Shown here: positions 8,224 through 18,811 of the stretch, in pieces
Layout: every line of letters starts with the position of its first letter
Numbering within the stretch: the first letter of the stretch is position 1
Source: an uncultured Gammaproteobacteria bacterium
GTDB taxonomy: Bacteria > Pseudomonadota > Gammaproteobacteria > JAURND01
Assembly: GCA_963714975.1 (NCBI GenBank)
Contig: CAVQQD010000003.1
Coordinates: forward strand, 640,001-704,000
DNA length: 64,000 nucleotides
Direction of reading: 5' to 3'
Notes under the pieces: model-generated
The model's input: the letters and a program-made list of their open reading frames with translations, nothing else
Database searches by the model: none
Told to the model about the DNA's origin: nothing
Translations under genes and position numbers: made by a program

Positions 8224-8290
8224 GGCAACAACGCCGCGCGCAGCGTGCGAGCACGGCGGGTTGTCCACGCGACAGGACCCCGTAGGCCCG
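8201..8290 (+). repeat. Family D GC-rich rod-like hairpin, copy 1
   Basis: CGGGCC-GAA-GGGGT...GCGCGCAG..CGAGCACGG...CAGGACCCC-GTA-GGCCCG; core homologous to the copies at 45 kb. Confidence 0.75.
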
Positions 8291-8330
8291 CCCCCCCCCC
8301 TGTGGTGGCTGGCTCTTGCCAGGAGATGAC

Positions 8331-10619
8331 ATGATAAAAATAGCTTTATTAGGTAATCCCAATAGCGGTAAGTCCACCTTGTTTAATGCACTCACCGGGG
8401 CCAATCAACGCGTGGGGAATTGGCCCGGAGTGACGGTAGAACGCAAGAGTGGGCATTTTAACCACCGGCAGACCCAGGTAGAGGTCATTGACTTGCCGGG
8501 AGTCTATAGCTTAACTACCCCATCGGCTACGCTTGCCATCGATGCGCGAATTGCTTGTAAAGCCATCTTATCAGAGCAATTTGATCTTATTATCAACATT
8601 ATCGATGCCAATAATTTCGAGCGTAATTTCTATCTGACCACCCAATTATTAGCCATGCAAGTCCCGATGCTAGTCGTAGTGAACATGTTAGATGTGGCAC
8701 AGCAGCGTGGTATGCGCCTAGATTTGACTCAGCTCGCAGCCACCTTAAGTTGCCCAGTGATCGGGGTCACTGCTACCAAAAAGGCTAGTGTTCAGCCTTT
8801 AAAAGACCTGATCGTAGCCCAGAACTACTTGCCGGCATGTGATAGCATTGCTTATCCCGCCATGCTGAGAAATGTCGTTGAAGAATTGGCGCTGGCTATT
8901 GCTCAAGCAGACCCTCAGCAAGCCAAGTTAGCCCGGTTCTTTGCTTTATCTAGTATTGAAGGTGATGAGTATTCCAGGCAATTATTCCCGGAAAAAATCC
9001 AGCAAAAATTGGCGGATGCCAAAGCCATGGTGGAAGCGACTACCCAAGTAGAGGCTGATATTTTAATCGCGGACCTGCGTTATTCCTATGCTCATGCGAT
9101 AAGCGCAGCCGTCGTGCAAAAATCCACAATAACAAAAACGCCTCTGAGCCAATGCATTGATAAGGTGGTTTTAAATCGCATTTTAGGCATCCCGATATTT
9201 TTGGCCGCGATGTATCTGATGTTTTTCTTTGCTATTAATGTGGGAGGGGCGTTCCAGCCACTATTTGATTTAGGTGGTAGTGCGCTATTCGTCCAAGGGT
9301 TCAGCCAATTACTGGCCGCAGGGCAGGTTCCTGCTGAACTGAGTACTATTTTAGCCACTGGATTGGGTGGGGGGGTTAATACCGTCGTTACCTTTATTCC
9401 AGTCATTGGCGCCTTATTCTTTTTCTTATCTTTCCTGGAAAGTTCGGGTTATATGGCGCGCGCGGCATTTGTGGTAGATCGTTGTATGCGTGCATTGGGA
9501 TTGCCTGGCAAAGCTTTTGTGCCACTTATCGTCGGTTTTGGCTGTAATGTGCCTGCGATGTTGGCGACCCGCACTTTAGAACACAATCGGGACCGTTTAC
9601 TCACTTTAATGATGTCGCCCTTTATGTCTTGTGGGGCTCGGATGGCCATCTATGCGGTGTTTACCGCGGCTTTTTTCCCAGTTAATGGGCAAAACATCAT
9701 CTTTATGCTGTATTTGTTGGGTATTGTTATGGCGGTGTTGACAGGATTTATTCTGCGCAAGACTGTGCTAAGCGGTAAGCCCTCGCCCTGGGTAATCGAG
9801 TTACCGCCCTATCACCGGCCTAATTTGCTGACATTATTGCGCCTCACTTGGCAGCGCTTGCGCTCCTTTGTGATTAGGGCAGGTCGTTTGATTGTACCGA
9901 TTTGTTTTTTGGTCAGCTTATTAAATTCGATTACTTGGCAGGGACAGTTACGAGCGGAGGGAGATGCTCAAGACTCGGTTCTTGCCGTCATTAGCCAAAG
10001 TGTGACCCCAGTGTTTGCGCCCCTGGGCATTTCCCAAGACAATTGGCCAGCCACGGTCGGTTTGGTCACCGGTGTGTTGGCTAAAGAAGTTGTAGTCGGT
10101 ACATTAAATACTTTGTACAGCCAAGTGGGTCATTTAGCCACGACCAAGGAGGAGGAGCAAGAAACTGTCTGGCAGGGTTTGCAAGCAGCCTTCCTTTCGG
10201 TGCCAACCCAATTGGCAGGATTGGTGCATAGCTTGGCAAATCCTGTGACAGCGAGTGCGGCTGATGCGGCCTTGGATGCGAATGCGTTAGGAGTGATGGT
10301 CCGTTATTTTGATGGGCAAGCAGGGGCGATGGCATATCTATTATTCATATTGCTTTATATCCCCTGCATCTCAGCAGTGGCGGCGATGGTGCGTGAATCA
10401 AGCTCAGGTTGGGCGTTGTTTGCTGCGGTATGGACGACGAGTCTGGCGTATGTGGTGGCTACTATTTTCTATCAAGCGGCTACGTGGGCACGCCATCCAC
10501 TGAGCTCATTAGCTTGGATTTTGGGTTTGTTGTTTTTTATAAGTGTGATCTTTACGGTGATAAAAAATTATGCTGCTATTCAATCTAAGAAATTATCTGT
10601 GCGAACGTCGGCGCTGTAG
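8331..10619 (+). CDS. feoB: Ferrous iron transport protein B
   Basis: GNPNSGKS, VGNWPGVTV, DLPGVYSL, GFGCNVPA, PFMSCGAR. Confidence 0.97.
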   Translation: MIKIALLGNPNSGKSTLFNALTGANQRVGNWPGVTVERKSGHFNHRQTQVEVIDLPGVYSLTTPSATLAIDARIACKAILSEQFDLIINIIDANNFERNFYLTTQLLAMQVPMLVVVNMLDVAQQRGMRLDLTQLAATLSCPVIGVTATKKASVQPLKDLIVAQNYLPACDSIAYPAMLRNVVEELALAIAQADPQQAKLARFFALSSIEGDEYSRQLFPEKIQQKLADAKAMVEATTQVEADILIADLRYSYAHAISAAVVQKSTITKTPLSQCIDKVVLNRILGIPIFLAAMYLMFFFAINVGGAFQPLFDLGGSALFVQGFSQLLAAGQVPAELSTILATGLGGGVNTVVTFIPVIGALFFFLSFLESSGYMARAAFVVDRCMRALGLPGKAFVPLIVGFGCNVPAMLATRTLEHNRDRLLTLMMSPFMSCGARMAIYAVFTAAFFPVNGQNIIFMLYLLGIVMAVLTGFILRKTVLSGKPSPWVIELPPYHRPNLLTLLRLTWQRLRSFVIRAGRLIVPICFLVSLLNSITWQGQLRAEGDAQDSVLAVISQSVTPVFAPLGISQDNWPATVGLVTGVLAKEVVVGTLNTLYSQVGHLATTKEEEQETVWQGLQAAFLSVPTQLAGLVHSLANPVTASAADAALDANALGVMVRYFDGQAGAMAYLLFILLYIPCISAVAAMVRESSSGWALFAAVWTTSLAYVVATIFYQAATWARHPLSSLAWILGLLFFISVIFTVIKNYAAIQSKKLSVRTSAL

Positions 10620-10791
10620 TTTAGCGGAATTATCGACCCACTTTGATCTGGCCGGCGATGTCCTACGCGATATGCTGGAGGTTTTGATTCGCAAACAACA
10701 AGTACGTAAATGTTCCAAGACCCCGCGTTGTGGCGTAAAATGCCGGCAGTGTAGTGTCTTTGAAACAGAATTATATGAGTGGGTTACATGA
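10570..10791 (+). CDS. feoC: FeoC-like winged-helix protein
   Basis: 73 aa, SLAELSTHF...CGVKCRQC, directly after feoB. Confidence 0.75.
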   Translation: MLLFNLRNYLCERRRCSLAELSTHFDLAGDVLRDMLEVLIRKQQVRKCSKTPRCGVKCRQCSVFETELYEWVT

Positions 10792-12242
10792 CCACAGCAT
10801 TGGCACAGAAATTAGAATCGCGTCATCTGAATATGATTGCCTTGGGCGGTTCGATAGGAACCGGAATCTTTTTGGCGAGTGGCTATGCCATTTCTTTAGG
10901 AGGGCCGGGGAGCACGTTAGTGGCTTACACGCTCATGGCGCTGGTCGTCTACTTTTTGATGACCAGTCTTTGTGAGATGAGTGTTTATTACCCCAGTTCT
11001 GGAACTTTTTGTGATTATTCTACTTTATATGTTGGCCCGTCATTTGGTTTTGCCATGGGCTACAATTATTGGATTAACTGGGCTATTACTATTGCTGCTG
11101 AAATTGCCGCCGCTACTTTGATCATGAGTTATTGGTTTCCTGACATCAATAGCTTAATATTTTCTCTGGTGTTTTTTTTCTCGATTCTTGTTTTTAATTT
11201 GTTTTCTGTGCGCGTGTACGGAGAAGTAGAATATTTTCTCTCTTTCATAAAAGTAGCAGTCATACTAGCTTTTATTGTTTTAGGCAGTTTTGCCGTGCTG
11301 CAGCAACCTCACTTTGGTACCCAACATTGGTTTATTGGTGATGCGCCTTTTCACAATAACTATTATGGATTTATTGGGGTATTTTTATTTGCTGGGTTTT
11401 CTTTTCAGGGCACCGAATTAATTGGGGTGGCTTCGGGTGAAACTAAAAACCCTGCCACCACGATTCCCAAATCAGTCAAGATAGTTTTTTGGCGCTTGAC
11501 GATTTTCTATGTCGCTTCGATGGCCGTAATAAGTTTACTGATCCCTTACACCGATCCACGACTGACTTATCAAGAGAATGTGAGCACCAGCCCTTATACT
11601 ATGGTGTTTGCGAAATATCTTTCGCATTATGCGGCAGATTTTATTAATTTCGTCATCTTAATCGCGGTATTGTCGGCAGCAAATGCCAGTATGTATTCTT
11701 CAACGCGAATTTTGTGGTATTTAGGCCACAAACAACAAGCGCCGAAGGTGTTTAGTCGCATTACTAAGCAGGGAGTGCCTTTATTAGCATTATTAGCCAC
11801 CGCTTTTATTGGGGCGATTGTGTTTATATCTTCCAAAGTTGGGAATGGGGTGTTTTTCGCGTATGCGGTACAAATTTCTTCATTATTTGGCTTTATAGCG
11901 TGGTTTGGAATTGCGCTAAGTCACTATCGATTTCGTAAGCATTACTTGCCTCAGGTAGGCGGCATCGAGTCATTGGTTTATCGAGCAAAGTTTTATCCTT
12001 TTGCGCAAATTTCGTCGATGTTGATCCTGGGGCTGATCATTTTTGCCCAGTTTATTCCAATCATAAATAAACCTAATTTCCAGTGGATGGAACTAGTGCT
12101 GCCTTATGTGTCGGTATTAATATTTTTTATGTTATACGTGGGAAGTAAATTCTATTTAAAAATGCGAAAAATCCCTTCTCCCCTTGCTCTGACGTCGTCA
12201 GAGCAAGGGGAGAAGGTGCCGAAGGCGGATGAAGGTTTTTGA
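10788..12242 (+). CDS. APC-family amino acid permease (LysP-like)
   Basis: RHLNMIALGGSIGTGIF, FSFQGTELIGVASGE, about 12 hydrophobic segments. Confidence 0.9.
   Translation: MTTALAQKLESRHLNMIALGGSIGTGIFLASGYAISLGGPGSTLVAYTLMALVVYFLMTSLCEMSVYYPSSGTFCDYSTLYVGPSFGFAMGYNYWINWAITIAAEIAAATLIMSYWFPDINSLIFSLVFFFSILVFNLFSVRVYGEVEYFLSFIKVAVILAFIVLGSFAVLQQPHFGTQHWFIGDAPFHNNYYGFIGVFLFAGFSFQGTELIGVASGETKNPATTIPKSVKIVFWRLTIFYVASMAVISLLIPYTDPRLTYQENVSTSPYTMVFAKYLSHYAADFINFVILIAVLSAANASMYSSTRILWYLGHKQQAPKVFSRITKQGVPLLALLATAFIGAIVFISSKVGNGVFFAYAVQISSLFGFIAWFGIALSHYRFRKHYLPQVGGIESLVYRAKFYPFAQISSMLILGLIIFAQFIPIINKPNFQWMELVLPYVSVLIFFMLYVGSKFYLKMRKIPSPLALTSSEQGEKVPKADEGF
12171..12235. repeat. Family A element encoding the permease C-terminus
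   Basis: 20-bp perfect stem CCTTCTCCCCTTGCTCTGAC / GTCAGAGCAAGGGGAGAAGG plus GCCGAAGGCGGATGA. Confidence 0.85.
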
Positions 12243-12408
12243 AACGGCTTACAGCCCTAGAGAGAACACCCTCATTCCTGCAGTTTGTTAGGTCTCCTTT
12301 AATGAGGGGAATTCTGCTAATCTGCTAAGCAGACAAAATTATATTGGACAGTCTTCTAATCACGCTTATAATCTCGCCTCTATACAAAATGAGCGAGGTT
12401 CTATACCC

Positions 12409-12936
12409 ATGGAATATTTGAATATTGCATTTATTGCCCCCAATCAGCAAGTCGTCGTTGATGACTTAATACAGATTATAAGTAAAAACAACTGCCACCT
12501 GGAAGAAAGCCGACTTAGCGTGCTGGGGGATAATTTCGCCGGCATTCTAAGAATCGCGGGGAATTGGAATGGAATAGCCAAAACCGAAGAAGCAATTGCT
12601 AGCCTAAAAAATCAGGGAACGGTTCTGCTGGAAGTCAAACGAAGTGAACCCTTACATCTTGAAGGGGAATATCTACCCTATATGACCCAAGTCGTTGGTC
12701 TGGATACCCCAGGTATGGTGTTCTCGATTACTCAATTTTTTGCTCAGCAGCAGATCCAATTAATAGATGTGCAGATAGACCCTTTTCAGACCAGCCACTC
12801 TGACACTAGCATGATTACGGTCTCCTTGCGAATTGGCATCCCAGCCGATATCAACATTGCTGATCTCCGAGAACGCTTTATGATACTATGTGACGAACTA
12901 AACATCGATGGAATCATGGAACCGGAGAAACGCTAA
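12409..12936 (+). CDS. gcvR: Glycine cleavage system regulator GcvR-like (two ACT domains)
   Basis: NCHLEESRL, DTPGMV..ITQFF, LCDELNID; adjacent to bcp. Confidence 0.75.
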   Translation: MEYLNIAFIAPNQQVVVDDLIQIISKNNCHLEESRLSVLGDNFAGILRIAGNWNGIAKTEEAIASLKNQGTVLLEVKRSEPLHLEGEYLPYMTQVVGLDTPGMVFSITQFFAQQQIQLIDVQIDPFQTSHSDTSMITVSLRIGIPADINIADLRERFMILCDELNIDGIMEPEKR

Positions 12937-13421
12937 TGGCGCAACCACAGGCTCAATTAAACCAAGCAATTACCAATTTGTCTTTCGCGACTGACAAAAA
13001 TCCCGAGGTTCAATTTTCCCAGTTACAAGGTGCGCGACTGGTACTTTATTTTTACCCGAAGGATAATACCCCAGGCTGTACTCAAGAAAGCAAGGATTTT
13101 CGCGATATTTACCCACAACTACAAGCGCTCAATACCGTGGTTTTGGGAGTATCCAGAGATAACCTAAAATCCCATAGCAACTTTGTCTGCAAATATGAAC
13201 TTCCCTTTGAATTAGTGAGCGATCCAGATGAAACTCTTTGCCAATACTTTAATGTGCTCAAGGAAAAAAGCTTATTTCTGAATAAATACCTAGGTATTGA
13301 GAGGAGCACTTTTTTAATTGATGAGCAAGGTATTTTGCGCAAAGAATGGCGCAAAGTAAAAGTGCCTGGTCATGCGCAAGAGGTTTTACAAGCGATAAAC
13401 GCTATGATCTCAAAACGCTGA
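12936..13421 (+). CDS. bcp: Peroxiredoxin (BCP)
   Basis: LYFYPKDNTPGCT, GIERSTFLID. Confidence 0.92.
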   Translation: MAQPQAQLNQAITNLSFATDKNPEVQFSQLQGARLVLYFYPKDNTPGCTQESKDFRDIYPQLQALNTVVLGVSRDNLKSHSNFVCKYELPFELVSDPDETLCQYFNVLKEKSLFLNKYLGIERSTFLIDEQGILRKEWRKVKVPGHAQEVLQAINAMISKR

Positions 13422-13471
13422 AAGCTATTTCAAGCGCCCTCATCTGGCCTGTGGCCCTAAGCTTTCGTAAG

Positions 13472-13511
13472 TCCCCTCTCCCACCAACAAAAACAGTTGG
13501 GGGAGAGGGGA
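13472..13511. repeat. Family A palindrome
   Basis: TCCCCTCTCCCACCAACAAAAACAGTTGGGGGAGAGGGGA, near-exact reverse complement of 52203-52242 including the loop. Confidence 0.85.
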
Positions 13512-13626
13512 TTCCCCTACGCAAGAATTTGGATTGTTTTTTACCCGTGACTCAGGTACGATCAACAACTTCATTGAAGCAGGTGGATTTGGCTCAGTAC
13601 TTTAAACCCAAATGGTGAGATATGGT

Positions 13627-14739
13627 ATGCAATTTGTTGATTTAAAAACACAATTTATGCGACTGGAAGAAAATATCAACAACCGTCTAAGCCAAGTATT
13701 TGCGCATGGTCAGTTTATTATGGGGCCAGAAGTCAAGGAACTGGAACAGCGGCTGGCTCAGTATGTTGGAGCAAAGCATTGTGTTAGCCTTTCCAGTGGT
13801 ACCGATGCTTTACTCATTAGCTTGATGGCCGTGGGTATTGCGCCAGGGGATGAAATAATTACTACCCCTTTTAGTTTTATTGCGACCGCCAGCATGATCA
13901 AATTATTGGGTGCTGTGCCGGTTTTTGTTGATATTGATCCCAAAACCTATAATCTCGATCCTCAGCTCATTGAACAAGCCATCACTCCAAAAACCAAAGC
14001 CATTTTACCGGTCAGCTTATATGGGCAATGCGCTGATTTTGATCAAATTAAACTGATTGCTGATAAGTACAACTTGCCGGTGATCGAGGATGCGGCCCAA
14101 AGTTTTGGTGCTACCTATAAAGGCCGCTATTCATGTTCATCTGCCTTATCTACTATTGCAGCAACGAGTTTTTATCCTTCTAAACCTTTGGGTTGTTATG
14201 GCGATGGTGGTGCTTGCTTTACTGATGATGATGAATTAGCAACTCATATGCGCCACATTCGTAATCATGGCCAAGATAGAAGCTATCATCATATCCGTTT
14301 AGGGATTAATGGGCGGATTGATACCCTGCAAGCTGCGATCTTATTGACCAAGCTGGATGTTTTCCCTGAAGAATTGCAGGCCCGTAGGCGCATAGCCCAA
14401 GAATACAACCGCTTACTTTCAGAAGAAGTGGTGACTCCTTATATCGAGCTACATAACCAAAGTACCTATGCGCAGTATACGATCTTGGTAGAAAATCGTA
14501 GCCAAGTGATAGAGCATTTAACTAATCAGGGTATTCCTACTGCAGTGCATTATCCAATACCGATTCACCAGCAACCATTGATGGCGCAAGAATGCCAACA
14601 TTATTCCTTGCCTCATGCGGAAGCGGCTGCTTGTGGTGTGCTGAGTTTGCCCTTTCATCCTTATTTGCAATCAACAGAAATGCAAGATATTTGTGAAAAA
14701 ATAATAGAGGCAGTGCAGTCTTATCGTGAATGTGCTTAA
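13627..14739 (+). CDS. DegT/DnrJ aminotransferase (WbpE-like, paralog 1)
   Basis: [32 protein letters not shown]. Confidence 0.9.
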   Translation: MQFVDLKTQFMRLEENINNRLSQVFAHGQFIMGPEVKELEQRLAQYVGAKHCVSLSSGTDALLISLMAVGIAPGDEIITTPFSFIATASMIKLLGAVPVFVDIDPKTYNLDPQLIEQAITPKTKAILPVSLYGQCADFDQIKLIADKYNLPVIEDAAQSFGATYKGRYSCSSALSTIAATSFYPSKPLGCYGDGGACFTDDDELATHMRHIRNHGQDRSYHHIRLGINGRIDTLQAAILLTKLDVFPEELQARRRIAQEYNRLLSEEVVTPYIELHNQSTYAQYTILVENRSQVIEHLTNQGIPTAVHYPIPIHQQPLMAQECQHYSLPHAEAAACGVLSLPFHPYLQSTEMQDICEKIIEAVQSYRECA

Positions 14740-14745
14740 GAGGCT

Positions 14746-16050
14746 ATGAAATCAGAATTAATAAAAAAAATTAGGGACAAGAAGGCTAAGATTGGGATAA
14801 TTGGTTTAGGTTATGTGGGGCTGCCACTGCTGCTGCGTTTTGCTGAAGTAGGATATCATGTCGTGGGCTTTGATATTGATTCGATTAAAGTAGCAAGCAT
14901 CAATGCTGGAAAGAGCTACATATCTCATATCAACGCACAGCGAATTCACGAATTCAGGTTTCGGATTGAGGCGACAACGAATTTTACGCAGATTGCGGAA
15001 GTGGATGCCATTATTTTATGCGTACCCACGCCGCTTAATAAATATCGTGAGCCCGATCTTTCCTTCATTATTGGCACGATGGAGGGCATTTTACCGTTTT
15101 TACGTGCGGGTCAAATTATATCCCTACAAAGCACCACCTATCCCGGTACCACCGATGAAGAGCTTGCGCCGAGAATTCAGGCACGTGGTTTTGTGTTAGG
15201 TCAAGATTATTTCCTCGTATTTGCTCCAGAAAGAGAAGATCCTGGTAATCCGCATTTTGTCACAGCCACCATTCCCAAAGTATGTGGTGGTTATACCCCT
15301 GCTTGTCTGGAGGTAGGGGTCAAACTTTACGAATCGGTCATTGCGAAAGTTGTACCAGTAAGTTCCACGAAAACGGCTGAGATGACTAAGTTGCTGGAGA
15401 ACATTCATCGGGCAGTCAATATTGGTTTAGCTAATGAAATGAAAATCATTGCTGAAAAAATGGGTCTTGATATTTATGAAATAATTGATGCGGCGGCAAC
15501 TAAACCTTTTGGTTTTGTTCCTTATTATCCTGGTCCCGGGATTGGCGGGCATTGCATTCCACTGGATCCTTTTTATTTAACTTGGAAAGCTCGTGAATTT
15601 GGTTTACATACGCGCTTTATTGAATTAGCCGGAGAAATCAATAAAGCTATGCCAGAGTGGGTAGTCGGTAAAATTATTCTGGCTTTAAATGAACGACTTA
15701 TCGCTTTAAAAGGGTCTCGAGTGTTGATGCTGGGGATTGCTTATAAAAAAAATGTAGATGATATGCGCGAATCCCCTAGTGTGCATATTATGGAATTGTT
15801 ACGCAGCAAAGGGGCTATTGTAGCTTATTCTGATCCCCACGTTCCAGTTTTTCCTAAAATGCGCGAACATCATTTTGAGCTCGCAAGCGTGCCTCTCAAT
15901 CCTCAATCCTTAAGTGAATACGATGTGGTTGTGTTAGCGACACCTCACACAGCATTTGATTATCAGTTAATTAAGGAACATGCCAGGTTAATTGTGGATA
16001 CCCGGGGAGTTTATAGAAAAGAAGTTGCTGCAAACATCGTGAAAGCGTGA
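14746..16050 (+). CDS. wbpA: UDP-GlcNAc 6-dehydrogenase (WbpA-like)
   Basis: [38 protein letters not shown]. Confidence 0.85.
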   Translation: MKSELIKKIRDKKAKIGIIGLGYVGLPLLLRFAEVGYHVVGFDIDSIKVASINAGKSYISHINAQRIHEFRFRIEATTNFTQIAEVDAIILCVPTPLNKYREPDLSFIIGTMEGILPFLRAGQIISLQSTTYPGTTDEELAPRIQARGFVLGQDYFLVFAPEREDPGNPHFVTATIPKVCGGYTPACLEVGVKLYESVIAKVVPVSSTKTAEMTKLLENIHRAVNIGLANEMKIIAEKMGLDIYEIIDAAATKPFGFVPYYPGPGIGGHCIPLDPFYLTWKAREFGLHTRFIELAGEINKAMPEWVVGKIILALNERLIALKGSRVLMLGIAYKKNVDDMRESPSVHIMELLRSKGAIVAYSDPHVPVFPKMREHHFELASVPLNPQSLSEYDVVVLATPHTAFDYQLIKEHARLIVDTRGVYRKEVAANIVKA

Positions 16051-16058
16051 GTATTTTT

Positions 16059-17129
16059 ATGATCAACCCAAAATTACCTGTGATTAAAAACCGTAAAATT
16101 CGTGTTGGTCTGGCGGGCTGTGGGCGCATATCCGAAAATCACATTAAGGCAATCCAACAATTTTCTAATGATCTAGAGCTCACCGCGCTTTGTGATAGCG
16201 ATCCGCAAAGCTTGCAACAAGCCGCAAACTGGGTGGGTAAGTCTGTAGTTTGTTATGACCATTACACTCCATTTTTATCTGAAGAAAATATCGATGTAGT
16301 AAGCTTATGTACGCCCAGTGGGCTCCATGCTCAGCAAGCTATTCAAGCAGCGCGAGCAGGTAAACATGTCATTACTGAAAAACCCATGGCGACGCGTTGG
16401 CAAGATGGTTTAGCGATGGTGCGCGCTTGTGATGAAAATCGAGTACGCCTCTTTGTGGTGAAACAAAATCGGCACAATAAAAGTTTGCAGCGACTTAAGC
16501 AAGCAATCGAGCAAGGTCGATTTGCTCGCATTTATCTGGTCACGGTGAATGTTTTTTGGTGTCGTCCCCAAAATTATTATAATCAAGCCAAGTGGCGCGG
16601 AACTTGGGAATTGGATGGTGGGGCATTTATGAATCAAGCCAGTCACTATGTTGATTTATTACATTGGCTCATAGGCCCGATTGCCTCGGTACAAGCGATG
16701 ATGGGAACCTTAGCGCGCGATATTGAGGCGGAAGATACCGGGGTCATGACCCTGCGTTGGCGTGCTGGGGCTTTGGGTTCGGTCAATGTCACGATGTTAA
16801 CGTATCCTAAAAATCTCGAAGGATCGATAACAATCTTAGGGGAAAAGGGATCAGTAAAAATTGGTGGTATTGCCTTGAATAAAATTGAGCACTGGGAATT
16901 TGCTGATAAGCAGGCTGAAGATGAGCAGGTAGAGGCAGCGAGTTATGAGACTGAGTCTGTTTATGGTTTTGGCCATGCATTATATTATCAAAATGTTATT
17001 GATGTTTTGCGTGGTGAGGCTGAACCACGAACAGATGGCCGTTCAGGTCTGAAATCTTTGGAATTATTGGTGGCCGCCTATCTTGCAGCTCGGGATGGTT
17101 GTCAAATTAGTTTACCTTTGGAGCATTAA
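16059..17129 (+). CDS. Gfo/Idh/MocA oxidoreductase (WbpB/WlbA-like sugar 3-dehydrogenase)
   Basis: [29 protein letters not shown]. Confidence 0.88.
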   Translation: MINPKLPVIKNRKIRVGLAGCGRISENHIKAIQQFSNDLELTALCDSDPQSLQQAANWVGKSVVCYDHYTPFLSEENIDVVSLCTPSGLHAQQAIQAARAGKHVITEKPMATRWQDGLAMVRACDENRVRLFVVKQNRHNKSLQRLKQAIEQGRFARIYLVTVNVFWCRPQNYYNQAKWRGTWELDGGAFMNQASHYVDLLHWLIGPIASVQAMMGTLARDIEAEDTGVMTLRWRAGALGSVNVTMLTYPKNLEGSITILGEKGSVKIGGIALNKIEHWEFADKQAEDEQVEAASYETESVYGFGHALYYQNVIDVLRGEAEPRTDGRSGLKSLELLVAAYLAARDGCQISLPLEH

Positions 17130-17725
17130 TGCCAAACAATTATGCTGCTCATCCAACAGCTATTATTGATGAAGGAGCGCAAATCGGCGAGGGGACGCGT
17201 ATTTGGCACTGGGTCCATGTCAGTGGAACTGCGCAAATCGGCCAGAATTGCTCTTTAGGGCAAAACGTTTTTGTAGCTAATCAGGTAATTATTGGTGATC
17301 GAGTTAAAATTCAAAATAATGTTTCTATTTATGCAGGTGTGATCTTGGAGGATGAAGTTTTTTGTGGGCCAAGTATGGTATTTACTAACGTTTATAATCC
17401 TCGTGCTGCTGTGGTACGTAAACATGCGTATTTGCCCACCTTAGTTAAAACAGGCGCAACCCTTGGAGCAAATTGTACTATTGTTTGTGGTGTTACGGTG
17501 GGTCGCTATGCTTTTATTGGGGCAGGAGCAGTAGTCACCAAGGATGTGCCTGATTATGCGTTGATGGTGGGGGTTCCAGCCACGCAAGTGGGTTGGATGA
17601 GTGAATTTGGCGAACGCTTGCATTTCCCTACCCAAGAAGATGCAGCAGTCATTTGTTCACAAGGAGTAAAGTATTTTTTGCGTGTTGGTCGCGTTATGAA
17701 AGAGGAAAATTGTGGAATTTATTGA
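17129..17725 (+). CDS. wbpD: Hexapeptide N-acetyltransferase (WbpD/WlbB-like)
   Basis: [37 protein letters not shown]. Confidence 0.88.
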   Translation: MPNNYAAHPTAIIDEGAQIGEGTRIWHWVHVSGTAQIGQNCSLGQNVFVANQVIIGDRVKIQNNVSIYAGVILEDEVFCGPSMVFTNVYNPRAAVVRKHAYLPTLVKTGATLGANCTIVCGVTVGRYAFIGAGAVVTKDVPDYALMVGVPATQVGWMSEFGERLHFPTQEDAAVICSQGVKYFLRVGRVMKEENCGIY

Positions 17726-18806
17726 TCTTAAATCTCAATATAAGCGCTTAAAACCCAGCATCAATGCTCGAATCGATGAAGTATTAGAGCATGGGCAGTA
17801 TATTATGGGGCCAGAGGTGAAAAGAATTGAAGAGGCGCTTGCTGCTTTGATCGGAGCAAAATATTGTATTGCTGTAGCTAACGGTACCGATGCTTTATTG
17901 TTGGCAATGATGGCCTTAAAAATAAAGGCCGGTGATGAGGTAATTACTTCCCCTTTTACTTTTATAGCAAATGGCGAAACAATAAAGTTATTAGGCGCCA
18001 AGCCAATTTTTGTTGATATTGATCCTAAAACTTATAACCTTGATCCAACTCAGATTGAAGCGGTGATTACCGAGCATACCAAAGCAATTTTACCGGTCTC
18101 TTTATTTGGGCAATGCGCAGACATGGATGCTATCAATGCAATTGCAGAAAAATATCAAATTCCGGTCATTGAAGATGCTGCACAAAGTTTGGGGGCGATA
18201 TATAAAGGTCGCAATTCCGGCAATTTGTCGACCATAGCCTGCACTAGTTTTTTTCCCACTAAACCCTTGGGTTGTTATGGCGACGGTGGCGCATGTTTCA
18301 CTAATGATGAGCATTTAGCTGAGGATATGCAACAAATACGCGTGCATGGCCAAGAAAAACGTTATCACCACCGCTTAATTGGAATGAATAGTCGTTTGGA
18401 TACCTTGCAGGCCGCAATCTTATTAGCTAAGTTGGAAATTTTTCCTGAAGATATAGCAAATCGAGAGCGCGTCGCTGAGCGTTACACGGCTTTGTTAAAA
18501 GACTGGGTTATTACTCCCTATATTGCCCCGTATAACAGGAGCGTTTATTCGCAATATACCCTACGCGTTGATGCTCGATCACAAATACAACAGCATTTAA
18601 AAGCAGCAGGCATTCCAACGGCAGTGCACTATCCAATTCCTTTGCACTTACAACAAGCATTTGCTGATTTACACCATCGTCAGGGTGATTTTCCTTGTGC
18701 CGAAGCAGCGGCAAACGCTGTGTTGAGTTTACCGATGCATCCTTATTTAAGCCTAGAAGATCAGGATAGAATTGTAGAGGCTCTAAAGAAGATTATCGTC
18801 CAATAA
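17712..18806 (+). CDS. wbpE: DegT/DnrJ aminotransferase (WbpE-like, paralog 2)
   Basis: [25 protein letters not shown]; follows wbpABD-like genes. Confidence 0.85.
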   Translation: MEFIDLKSQYKRLKPSINARIDEVLEHGQYIMGPEVKRIEEALAALIGAKYCIAVANGTDALLLAMMALKIKAGDEVITSPFTFIANGETIKLLGAKPIFVDIDPKTYNLDPTQIEAVITEHTKAILPVSLFGQCADMDAINAIAEKYQIPVIEDAAQSLGAIYKGRNSGNLSTIACTSFFPTKPLGCYGDGGACFTNDEHLAEDMQQIRVHGQEKRYHHRLIGMNSRLDTLQAAILLAKLEIFPEDIANRERVAERYTALLKDWVITPYIAPYNRSVYSQYTLRVDARSQIQQHLKAAGIPTAVHYPIPLHLQQAFADLHHRQGDFPCAEAAANAVLSLPMHPYLSLEDQDRIVEALKKIIVQ

Positions 18807-18811
18807 AAACT

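Noticed and set aside
13422-13626. JUMPstart/ops element before the LPS cluster
   Set aside because: No GGCGGTAG motif found.
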